A stretch of 64,000 nucleotides of DNA from Macrostomum lignano (taxonomy: Eukaryota), in assembly GCA_002269645.1 (NCBI GenBank), contig NIVC01001355.1, positions 205,882 through 269,881 on the forward strand, in the 5' to 3' direction. Made by a program: the position numbers and the translations under genes. The notes beneath the pieces are model-generated. The model worked only from the letters and a program-made list of their open reading frames with translations. It searched no databases and was not told the origin of the DNA. This document shows positions 46,286-57,449 of the stretch, piece after piece (within the stretch, counting starts at the first letter, position 1; each line of letters starts with the position of its first letter).

Positions 46286-47776
46286 GGCCTTCGAGCCGAC
46301 TATGGATAACCAAGCTTTTTCTAGGGACGGGGACCCTTCTAAACCCCAACCTCAGTCCGAAGGACCGGCCGGCCCTGCTGGCAGATCCCAACCGACTGAT
46401 TCAACTGTGGCAAAGGAAGGACCGGCTGGCTCTGCTGGCAGATCCGACCAGAGCTACCAAACTCAAAATTCCCAAAGACCTGCCAGCTCCGCTGGTGGAT
46501 CTAAGGGAACCGCGAGCTCTGAGCCTAAAGGACCGGCCAAATCTGGCAGATCCGATGAAGCTCAGCGGGCTCGGCTTGAGCGCAAACGCGCTAAAAACGC
46601 GCCAAAAGGCAGGCCAAGCAGGGAGCTGCGGGGGCCAAAGCGGCGGCGTCCACCATGGATGCTGAAGCGACTGGAGTCCCAAGGCAACCAGGCGGGCCGG
46701 CCGGTGGAAGCTCCAGTAGTTCAGCGGCGGCGCTCCCTAGAGATGCTGCCGCGGCTGCTGAGGCCGAAACCAGACGCAACAAATGGCCACTGCCAACAAG
46801 GAGGTTCCTTCGGGAGCTACCTTTGCGGCGAAGGCCAAGGCCAAAATCCCGGGAGTGATCATCCAAGGTCGTGACCAGGACTGGACCACTGATCAGCTTC
46901 AAAAAGTGTGGAGTGCTGTTGACTCCTATCTGATTGGGCTGACTGTCGAGGAGGGAATCTCAATCGGCATTGGGCGGATGGCACATTCGTTCTTATTGCT
47001 CCTAGCAGCGAAGAGGACGCTCGGCAGCTGCTCCAGCGGCTACCGACGGTCTCCTTGGATGCTGACCTTGGCGGAGCTCTTTTTCTTCGCGAGGGCCAGC
47101 GTCCAAAGACGATACCCTATGTGGTTTTCGTCCCTGCTAAGAGCACCGCAGCTGGACCAGACGTTATCGCCGGGTCCTACTGCGTCTGAACCCCGACCTC
47201 CCTGCTAGTGGACTGGTGTATCACCGCAAAGTCCGCAGGGGGGAGACGGGCAACTCAATTGTCCTCGGCCTTTCCAGCACTTGGGCGAGTCGGTACCCTA
47301 ATGGATCCTCTTTCCAGCTGGGTGCCCTCAAGCTCAAGATGCGCCGAGGAAAGTCTGCCAAAGGGAAGGCTACTGCCAACCCCGGCATCTCCGGCAAGAG
47401 CGGGGCGCAGTCTAAGGCCCAAGGAAAGGCGCAAGCCGATCCCAAAGCCAAAGCTACGTCTCGCCCCTCTGCTAGCAGCAGTTCGGCGACCGCGGTAACG
47501 GCTCCGGCCAAGCTCCGGGAACCAAACCTGCTAGTCGGAGAAGGAGTTGAGGACGAGGCCGGGTCTTCGGAATCCGAGCTCTCCTCGGCCACCCTGGTGG
47601 GGTCTGAAGGTAAAGATGCAGATGAGGAAGCTTCCTCCATCCTGTCATCGGAGCCTGAGGACTCTACTGGGGGGGGGCGGTGGGGTGAGGAGGCCATGGA
47701 CATCGACCAACTCCCATCTCCCAGTCAAGCCCCAGCGGCCTGGGACGAGGACGATCTGTTGTCCAAGTCTCCTTGA
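46286..47776 (+). pseudogene. LINE ORF1 (frameshifted): Pro/Ser/Lys-rich N-terminus and acidic C-terminal tail
   Basis: Overlapping ORF pieces 46227-46874, 46783-47208 and 47216-47776 lie directly upstream of ORF2, inside the TSD-bounded element. Confidence 0.65.
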
Positions 47777-47815
47777 TGGCCCTGGGCTCTAGCCAGACAT
47801 TGCATTTAATACAGT

Positions 47816-50800
47816 ATGACTAAGCTCCACGCTGCCAAAGGAGCGACATTCTGTCTGCAAATTAATTTACAGCATTGCGTATCTGCGTCAGTAAATCTGA
47901 TGAAGATTGCTGAGCTGTACAGGCCAGGCCTCATCCTGATCCAGGAACCCTGGATGCGCAACGGTAAGTTGCCAACATTCCCTCTGGCTACTCTGATTTT
48001 TATGTGTGTGGCCCGGGGAACAGCCGCCCTAGAGCGGCTATCCTCGCTGCTAGCCATCTCCAGGCTTGGCTGAGGACTGATCTCTCTGATGGAGACCTTT
48101 GCGTCATCCAATCTAATCATCTCTCTCCGCGTACGTGTCTTGTTGCCTCGGTTTATATCCCAGGCGACAGAGACCCTGCTCCCGAGAGTTTACTGCACCT
48201 TGCGCAGTACTGCGAGTCCCAGAACGCTGAGCTGTGCTTAGGGGGCGACCTCAACGCGCACCACAAGCACTGGGGCAGCAAAGATACCAACACTAGAGGA
48301 GAGGAGCTTCTGGCCCTCATCTCTAACACAAACCTCATGCTCTGCAACCGCGGCAGCACTCCTACCTTTAATAATGGCAGATGGACCGAGGTCCTCGACG
48401 CCACACTCGTTACCCCAAGACTCTTTGACAGAGTTGAGGAGTGGAGAGTCTGGTCTGAGGAGCCCTCCCTGTCTGACCACTGCTTTATCGCCTTTAACAT
48501 CGCGGACACTAAAACCCAGTCTCCGATCACTTGGAGGCGCAATATCCGCAACACTGATTAGGCGGCCTACAAGGCTGCCCTTGATCTGCACCTGCAGGAA
48601 CTCACGGACTTACGTCCGATTGAGACCTGCGAGGATGTGGATCATATGGCTGAGACGCTGACAGGTTGCATTATTGCAGCCTACGAAGCGGCTTGTCCTG
48701 CTCGCGCCTACAAAGGCAAGACCTCGGCGCCGTGGTGGAACCCGGAGCTGGGGAAACTCAGGCGGAAGGCCAAAAGCCTTCATCGCCGTGCCATGAAGAC
48801 CGGAAACCCGGAGGACATGGAGCTTTTCCGGCAAGCCTCCCGCAATTTCAAATCTGAAGTGCGCAAGGCCAAGGAATGTAAGTGGCGCCAATTCTGCTAT
48901 GAATTGGATCAAGACAGACCTACTTCTAGGCTTGTCAAGGCCCTTACAATGGACAAAATGTCCAAATTAGCCATGATCAAAAAAGATGATGGCTCTCTTA
49001 CTAAAGACCCTGAAAAAGTGCTTCAGCATATGCTTAGCACATTCTTCCCGAGGGTACCTACTGCTAGACCGGAGCCCAACCATTCGATGGATGGAGCCAC
49101 CCTAGCGGCGGGCATTGTCACTGAAGACCTAATCGCTCGTGCGGTCAGAACCTTCAAACCCTTCAAATATCCTGGACCTGATGGTATCTACCCTGTTCTC
49201 CTTCGTGAAGCAGCCAAGATACCCTCGTTCCTGAGACTCACCCGCAATCTTATGCGGGCCTCTATCCAGCTGGGATACGTTCCCAAATGCTGGACTGAAG
49301 CTCGGGTAGTCTTTATTCCCAAACCTGGGAAGGGTGACTACCAAAGCGTCAAGGCCTTCCGGCCTATTAGCTTAACGTCAGCAATGCTTAAGCTCACTGA
49401 GAGGCTTATTCTCTGGCGGCTGCTGTCCTGCGAGCTGACAGCGATGCCCCTCAACAATAATCAGCACGCCTTCCGTACCGGGAGGTCGACTGACAGCGCC
49501 CTGCATGCGATTGTCGAGAAGATTGAACGGGCGGTACTGGGTGACGGTTACGCCCTGGCTCTCTTTCTTGACATTGTTGGCGCCTTCGACAACGTTATCT
49601 TTGAAGCGTTTCAGAGGGCCCTTCAAAATCGCAAAGCTCATGCTACCCTCATACGGTGGATCATGTACATGATCTCCAACCGTACGGTCACTGCCCAACT
49701 TCTTGGGCAAACTGCCTCCACCAGAGTCTGTAAGGGTGGACCCCAAGGCGGAGTCCTCACCCCGACGCTCTGGAACCTGGTCATGGACGCTCTTCTGAGT
49801 GACTCCCGACCCGACCCCGTCTTCAAAGTCGGGTATGCTGATGACGTCACGGCCATTGTGGCAGGACCGTCTCCCAGCACGCTCAGGGATCTGATGCAGA
49901 GCTTTATCTGCAAAGCAGAATCCTGGGCCAATGACAATGGTCTGAAACTCTCTGAGCCCAAAACCGTTGCCATTATGTTTACCAGCAGACTACGCTGGAA
50001 CATACGTCCTCTGCAGCTCTACGGCAGAGATATTGCCTTCGTGCACCAGACCAGATGTATCGGGGTCACACTTGACCACCGGCTCAACTGGTCCTTCCAC
50101 GTGAAAGCAAAAGCCAAGCGTGCCTCAGCCATCCTGGCCCAGCTCCGACGAGCACTTGGCACTTCTTGGGGTCTATCCCCAAAGCGGCTTTGGTGGATCT
50201 ACACTTCCGTAGTTAGACCTGCCATTACGTACGCCTCGGTTGTCTGGGTTAGCGCTACCCAGGTCAAAAGCCATGCAGACCTGCTCAACACGATCCAAGG
50301 CAGAGCGTGTAGGCTCATCTGCAACGCCACCAGGTCCACGCCCTTTGCTGGCATGGGGGCCTTCCTTAATCTACCGCCTCTTGACCTCTTCGTCAGGGGT
50401 GAGGCGGCTAGAACGACGCGGCGTCTAATTGATGCCGGCGTCAAATTCATTTACATGAGAGCACCTGCTAAGCGGAACCTTGTCCCGCATAGCGACCTGT
50501 GCCTCAACTTTCTCAACGAGTGTCAGGCCAATCGCGTCTTCACCGATGGCATTGCCTCAACGCTCAACCTGAGACAGCGCTACTCCGTAGCTATCGACTC
50601 GCGCGATAACATCAATGACCAATGGAACCTTGGTAAGCTTCATTGCTACACCGACGTTTCTAAGCAGTCAGCCAACACCGGCTTTGGTGTTGGAATCTTT
50701 CTGAACGGGAGGGTCATCGCTACCCACGCTCAATACACTGGGGTCAACTCCAGTGTTTTCCAAAATGAAGTTCTGGCCATCAGCTCCTGCACTGCAGAGC

Positions 50801-51582
50801 TTCTCGCCACTGGCGTTATTGGCAAGAACATCATTTTCCATTCGGACAGCCAAGCTGCCTTGCACGCCATCAGTGGCTGCAGCACCAACTCTGCTACAGT
50901 CCTCGACTGTATCAAACTCCTCAACGTGTTGGGTTCCGCCAACAAAATTACCCTTAAGTGGGTTCCGGGGCATGTGGGGATCCGAGGAAATGAGCTGGCT
51001 GACACCCTTGCAAAAGTTGGTGCCTCCGGCTCCTCTCTCGGCCCCGAACCTCTTGTCCCGATTCCTGGCTGTGCCATCGACTCGCGCATCAAAGCGTGGA
51101 TCAGGACTCAGCACCGCTCGACTTGGGCGAACCGCACGAACTGCAGGCAATCCAGAGGCGCTGTCCCTCAGCCCTCTCACCAGCTCCGGAAGCTCCTCTT
51201 GCGCCTCTCGCGCAGAGACATCCGGGCTGCCACCATGACCCTCTCTGGTCACGGCTGCTTCTCCAGGCACCAGTACCTGCAGGGCAACGCCACCAACGCC
51301 ACCTGTAGTTTCTGCAACTCAGGTGACGAAACCACTGAGCATTTCGTCAGCATCTGTCCCGCCTTCACGCGGTCCAGACTCACTTACCTCGGGCCACACA
51401 CATATATTACTGAAGCGTGCAAACCCGAAAACTTTAATGAGCTCATGCGCTACCTTCGGGCCACCCGCAGGGCTGAACTCTCCTTTCCAGAGAGCACTAT
51501 AGCTGCTGGCGACACTGGGGGGACCTCCCTGGGCGGCGCCAACCCTCCGTCCATAGCGACGCGTCGGCCGTTCAGGGATTAG
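47816..51582 (+). pseudogene. LINE ORF2: AP endonuclease, reverse transcriptase, RNase H, C-terminal CCHC; one frameshift (~48000) and one TAG (48559-48561)
   Basis: QINLQHC..LILIQEPW; GGDLNAHHKHWGS..TNTRGEEL; PGPDGIYP, FIPKPGK, FRPISLTS, QHAFRTGRST, LFLDIVGAFDN, QGGVLTPTLWNL, YADD; RNase H CYTDVSK..SVFQNEVLAI..SDSQAAL..KWVPGHVGIRGNELAD; CSFC..ETTEHF..CPAF. Confidence 0.95.
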
Positions 51583-51968
51583 CGGAATGGGCGCCCGCGG
51601 CTTTCCGCTGTGTCCCCTCTGGGACAGCCCTGCAGCTAAGTCAAAGTAAGTCAAGTCCGTTTTCTTGTTGCCAACTTTAATCTCGCGCATAAGTTAGTTT
51701 TTTGTCACATTAGTTTTTGTCTTTATATACTACATTATTTTAATTTGCGAAAAAATGATGTTATTAATCATCAGAATAATGTTTTCCTTTAAAATATAAA
51801 TCAGGAAGTAAACAGTAGTTTTTGCATAGGCCAAACAATGAGCAATTTATTACTATTAATGCTACTTCTACTACTACTACTGTAAATTTTGTGTATGTTC
51901 TCTAAGTTTAATATATCGCATCGGTTGCCATAAAGCCACAAAAATTTTTTAAATTTAATTCCGCGTTT

Positions 51969-52226
51969 GGGCCTTTTCATATTGCTTGTTCTGGTTCCAG
52001 AACCAGAACCAATTTGTGAAGTATAACTTTTTGTCTCCATAACTAGAGGAAGATACGTGCGATAAAGTTTTTTTTATTGAATGACAATCGCCAAGAAGAA
52101 AGTAAAAAATTGTGCTAAGTGAGGTTGTTAAGGCAGTCAAACATTCAATAGAATTAAATAGTTATACTGCTGTTTTTCTTGGAAGATCCGAACCGATTCT
52201 GATTCTGGAATTGGTAATATGAAAAA
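51969..52226. repeat. Diverged direct repeat, copy A (partner 56252-56566)
   Basis: TTTTCATATTG.TTGTTCTGGTTC.AGAACCAGA...GTGCTAAGT...ATAGTTATACTGC...GAAGATCC shared in the same order. Confidence 0.8.
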
Positions 52227-52227
52227 C

Positions 52228-54874
52228 TATTCATTTCCCGATTGACATTCAGATTCACATTCAAATTTTAACAAAGCCGCTGTAACTTTTCTTTACTTAA
52301 ACGAAACGCTTTAAAATTTTACAAAAACTTTGACGCAATCAAGAAAAAAAACTACGTAAAATATCTCGGCATTTAAAAATAGACTGTACAAATTATTCAC
52401 ATATAAAGTTTGTTCCTATCTCCTTAGTGTATTATTTTGCAACTCAACAAAACGGCTTAAAATACACGCAGAGCTACGAAACTTTATTTTTCTCTTGACG
52501 CACGCGAGATGCGTTGGCAAGTCAAAAATCAGCACCCTAGCTTAAAGCCTGTACGAGTTATTCACCTGCAAACTGTGTTCCTATCTCCGTAGTGTATTTT
52601 GGGGGTCCAGCTTGACATTCGCTGACAGACACTTCTACTCAACGCAGAGCTACGAAACTTTATTTTTCTCTTGACGCATGCGAGATGCGTTGGCAAGTCA
52701 AAAATCAGCACCCTAGCTTAAAGCCTGTACGAGTTATTCACCTGCAAACTGTGTTCCTATCTCCGTAGTGAATTTTGGGGGTCCAGCTTGACATTCGCTG
52801 ACAGACACTTCTACTCAACGCAGAGCTACGAAACTTTATTTTTCTCTTGACGCATGCGAGATGCGTTGGCAAGTCAAAAATCAGCACCCTAGCTTAAAGC
52901 CTGTACGAGTTATTCACCTGCAAACTGTGTTCCTATCTCCGTAGTGTATTTTGGGGGTCCAGCTTGACATTCGCTGACAGACACTTCTACTCAACGCAGA
53001 GCTACGAAACTTTATTTTTCTCTTGACGCATGCGAGATGCGTTGGCAAATAAAAAATCTGCACCCTAGCTTAAAGCCTGTACGAGTTATTCACCTGCAAA
53101 CTGTGTTCCTATCTCTGTAGTGTATTTTGGGGGTCCAGCTTGACATTCGCTGACAGACACTTCTACTCAACGCAGAGCTACGAAACTTTATTTTTCTCTT
53201 AACGCATGCGAGATGCGTTGGCAAGTCAAAAATCAGCACCCTAGCTTAAAGCCTGTATGAGTTATTCTAGTATTAGAGACTGTACGAGATTACAGTATTT
53301 ACGCTTTCCGCCTCTGTAGTCTGGACAGTGACTAAGATTCAGGGAATTCATCTAATGGGAAACATATGACGGGATAGAAAGTTCACAAATTCGGCTCTGG
53401 TCATAGCTGGGTCACCCACCTGAGCCTTAAAAATAATTTCTGTACGGACCCCCTGCCACACATCCCTTAATGAGCACGCATCGCATCACTTTTACGCTGC
53501 TTAAGTGGGGTCCTCATGATCGGGAGTTGTTTGAGCCATCTGGTGTAGCCCGGAAGTCGAAAACGGGACTCATTGGGAGTCTGCTACACCATGCAGCCAT
53601 GCAGAAGACTTTTTAAACAGTGGATCCTCTTTCTGTGAATGATGAAGAGGTGACCGGACATTTTGTCAACCAGCATTTTGTCAACCGGCAGTTCGTCAAC
53701 CAGACATTACGGCAACTCAGCAAATTGTAGCTGATAATTATATAGCTCTGCACCAGCCAGAGAAGTGGTAATGCGATGTCAAAGAGGATGTGAACTTAAG
53801 CGCGATTTGGATGCCGTGAGTCCAGCAACCAAACCGCTGCGAAATTCTCACTATTCAGACCCAAAATAGACAAGAAAAGTGTAATTGATCTTTCTTCCAC
53901 TCCGGCCGCTTCCGCATGGGATAAATGGGGAAAATGGGGATTTCATGTGAACTTAAGGCTCTGAAATGGAAGTGGTGGCCGATTGAGCTGGTTTCTCTAT
54001 CGGATCTCTCTACTGGACCGACAATGAGAGAAGAATCGTTGAAAACCGATCTCTCTATCATTTGGTCTCCCTGAATGGGATAAATGGGGAAAATAGGGAT
54101 TTCATGTGAACCTAAAGCTCAAAGAATCCAGTATCGGCTGAGGATCGCCCCTTTCACGGAAAACTGACTGCTATTGAGTCAAATACCAGTAGGCTGGCTA
54201 CGCTTTTCCGCTTTTCTGTCGAGTCGGCTAGATGTCATTATCGACAACTGTATTGCCAAATACAACCGCTCGCACATTGGATTCCCTGAATGTTAGTCAC
54301 TGTCCAGACTACAGAGGCGGAAAGCGTAAATACTGTAATCTCGTACAGTCTCTAATACTAGAATAACTCATACAGGCTTTAAGCTAGGGTGCTGATTTTT
54401 GACTTGCCAACGCATCTCGCATGCTTTAAGAGAAAAATAAAGTTTCGTAGCTCTGCGTTGAGTAGAAGTGTCTGTCAGCGAATGTCAAGCTGGACCCCCA
54501 AAATACACTACGGAGATAGGAACACAGTTTGCAGGTGAATAACTCGTACAGGCTTTAAGCTAGGGTGCTGATTTTTGACTTGCCAACGCATCTCGCATGC
54601 GTCAAGAGAAAAATAAAGTTTCGTAGCTCTGCGTGTATTTTAAGCCGTTTTGTTGAGTTGCAAAATAATACACTAAGGAGATAGGAACAAACTTTATATG
54701 TGAATAATTTGTACAGTCTATTTTTAAATGCCGAGATATTTTACGTAGTTTTTTTTCTTGATATTGCGTCAAAGTTTTTGTAAAATTTTAAAGCGTTTCG
54801 TTTAAGTAAAGAAAAGTTACAGCGGCTTTGTTAAAATTTGAATGTGAATCTGAATGTCAATCGGGAAATGAATA
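52228..54874. mobile_element. Foldback-type element: long near-identical inverted arms with 176-bp internal tandem repeats around a ~930-bp spacer
   Basis: Left arm 52228-53347, with the unit recurring at 52468, 52644, 52820, 52996 and 53172. Right arm 54281-54874 is its reverse complement with ~1.6 units. Termini TATTCATTTCCCGATTGAC / GTCAATCGGGAAATGAATA; the terminal TA could be a TA TSD. Confidence 0.88.
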
Positions 54875-56251
54875 AGTATATGAAAAGTGAGGTGGGGGTG
54901 GAGAAGGGACTCTTTCTTGCACGGTTGTTTTGAATTTGCAGACACCAGTGAGGTGGGGCGGATTCCTCGTTTGAATTGCCGCCGGCGTTGAGTTCGCACG
55001 AATAAAACCGGAAAAACGCGCAGACGAATCACAACGAAATTTCTTCTCCTGTTTTACTCCGACAGCCGGGTTCTCAAGTCCGGGGGGAGGGTAGTCGTAA
55101 TCGTAGCGGAGCGGTCGTTAGCGGCGCGGTCGTTCAAAGCGGTGAAACACCGGAGATTTCTGACTCCGAAAATTGATGCGTCGGGTATCTGAACTCGTTA
55201 CTTTCAGTAGGGTAGTTGCTGCCACCACCGTAATTTACGTATTACGGAACGAATAAGTCTCAGAGCTTTCTTTGAGACTGAGAACTTTGGTTATTTTACG
55301 CCCCACGGGCAAATGACTCAAGAGAATACTATGGCCTTGGATTAGTGAATAAATATAGTTAATTTTTTGGAATTTATTAGATTGACTTATTTCGAGCAGG
55401 CTGGATAATAAGATAATTATTACACGACACTACACGGATGAGACGCGGGCCGAGGTCGAAAATGTTTCGACTGGGCTTAAACGAGCAGAAAACTGTAGCA
55501 CTAAATTTAAACGGTAGTAGAAAAATAGTAGAAGGAGCAGTAGCAGAAGCAGGGGGAAGGGTGGGTAGGTAGGTTGGTTTTTGAAACAGTCATGTAATTC
55601 ATCGCTTTAAATAAAGGGGAATGAACAGTCACGCAGTGGGGACAGAGGCTGGGCATGCACAGTGGGAGAGAAAAACACGTAAAAGGGGCGGCTTAAACAC
55701 ATAGAAAAAACAAAATTACGACACACATCCAACTCCGTGTAAGCAGTACACGTTGCAGGTAAAGACAGAAACCAACATCCGGAGTGATGTCACTCCAATG
55801 AAGGGGAAACGCAGCGGTTCGCCATGCACATGCAAAAAATTAAACCTGCCAAATTCCAGTCTTCGCATCTTCGTGGCAACCCGCCTGCCACTAAAGCCTG
55901 TTTGAGTAAGTGCGGTATTTAGAGTAAAAAATAAGTGTACAGGGTACTACGTCCACTCCAACGCAGAATAAAGTTTGCACATCGTCTATGTTATTTAAAC
56001 TATGATATATACATTTCATTTTGCAGAAGTGCTTGCTAAAAGTGAAATAAAAAGGATTTACTACAATCAAAATCAATAGCACTGACAGTGACATTGACAT
56101 TGACAGAGAGTGAGACTGTTGTATCGAATTCTCATTGACAGCTTAGGGCATCAACAAATTGAGGTCGCATTCACCACCAAAGATAGTTTTTTTGCAATCT
56201 TTTTGCTTTTTGTCATTTTGGGCGCCTTTATATCTACCCCTTAAGTCCTAA

Positions 56252-56566
56252 GGCTTTTTCATATTGATTGTTCTGGTTCTAGAACCAGATTAAAGTTGTA
56301 AAGTAGGCCTATAACTTTATGTCTCCTAAACTAGAAGAATACATGCTATACATTTTTAATTACTCATTATTGAATAGGAATAGGGGCCTACTACAAATAC
56401 TATAGAATAGGCCTACAATAAAAAAGTTAAAAGTGTGCTAAGTAAGGCTAGGCCTATTTAGATAGTCAAAAATTCAACAAAGTTAACAAGGCCCACTATA
56501 GTTATACTGCTTTTTTTCTTTGAAGATCCAAACCAATTTTGGTTCTAGAATTAGTAATGTGAAAAG
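56252..56566. repeat. Diverged direct repeat, copy B (AT-shifted, with short insertions)
   Basis: Aligns to 51969-52226 with many C>T/G>A changes and GGCC-containing insertions. Confidence 0.8.
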
Positions 56567-57449
56567 CTTAAAAGTTAATTATATATAATATTACTATAGC
56601 AAAAGTTAAAGAAAAATTAGAAAATTAAACTTAACTTTAAAGTTATAAAATATATACATAAGACAAAACATTTAAAATTTGCTTTTAACTTTAAAAAAAT
56701 TAAATGTGTTTTTATATTACATAACTGTATATTCTTTTTTATGGCTTATGTAACTAATAAAATTCTAGGGTATAAATTGTATAATAGTTTATGTCTTAAT
56801 GCAAATCCTATCTTTGCTAAATATATATTAGTTTATACCAAAAAGGGTAATAATTCACTTAAATATATATCAAAATTTTTCTTAAAAGGTTAATTTAACT
56901 TTATGAAATGATTTTGTAAGGTTTTGACAAAAATAAAAACTAGGCAATGGTTTTTAGGTTTGGAATATCAGATCTAGTGAGAAAACTTAAAGAAGAGTGT
57001 GTATTTGGTCTACGTTTATTTATAGTACTATAAGTTTTCATTTTTAGTATATTTAGTACTATATAATATATTGCCAAAAATTTATAGAAGCTTTGATTCT
57101 TAAAACAAATTTTATTATATTTAATGTTTATATATAACATTACTATACAAATGCAATATTAACTTTTATTAATCTCTTACTTTATTAAAGCTAAATAACT
57201 AAAGTTAACATTTAGTAAATTTAAAAAATTTCTAGAATAAAATTTCAATATTATACTAAAAAAGAATTTTCTGGAAGTTTCTAAAATATCTAATTTATAT
57301 GTATTTTCAAAATATAGATATGCAATAGCTATGTGCCACAATTGTTTTCCTTATAGGTAATAGAGTCCCTAAGTCCTAATCAATAAATAATGAAAATAAT
57401 ACAATATAATTGAAATGCATAATGAAAGAAAATTGAAAAATCCAATATC

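Larger units (their letters stand above)
45766..51655 (+). mobile_element. Full-length non-LTR retrotransposon, LOA/R1/I group (APE-RT-RNase H), 5.89 kb with 12-bp TSD
   Basis: TCCGTTTTCTTG at 45754-45765 and 51656-51667. 3' tail of TAAGTCAA-like repeats (~51637-51655). ORF1 and ORF2 as listed separately. Confidence 0.93.

Noticed and set aside
47221-51690. Several antisense and alternative-frame ORFs of 100-200 aa over the LINE
   Set aside because: Shadow ORFs of GC-rich coding sequence with no motifs.
54880-55330. GC-rich island that might be a gene or TE ORF fragment on the minus strand
   Set aside because: Frames are broken by stops and I could not recognise any motif; left unannotated.
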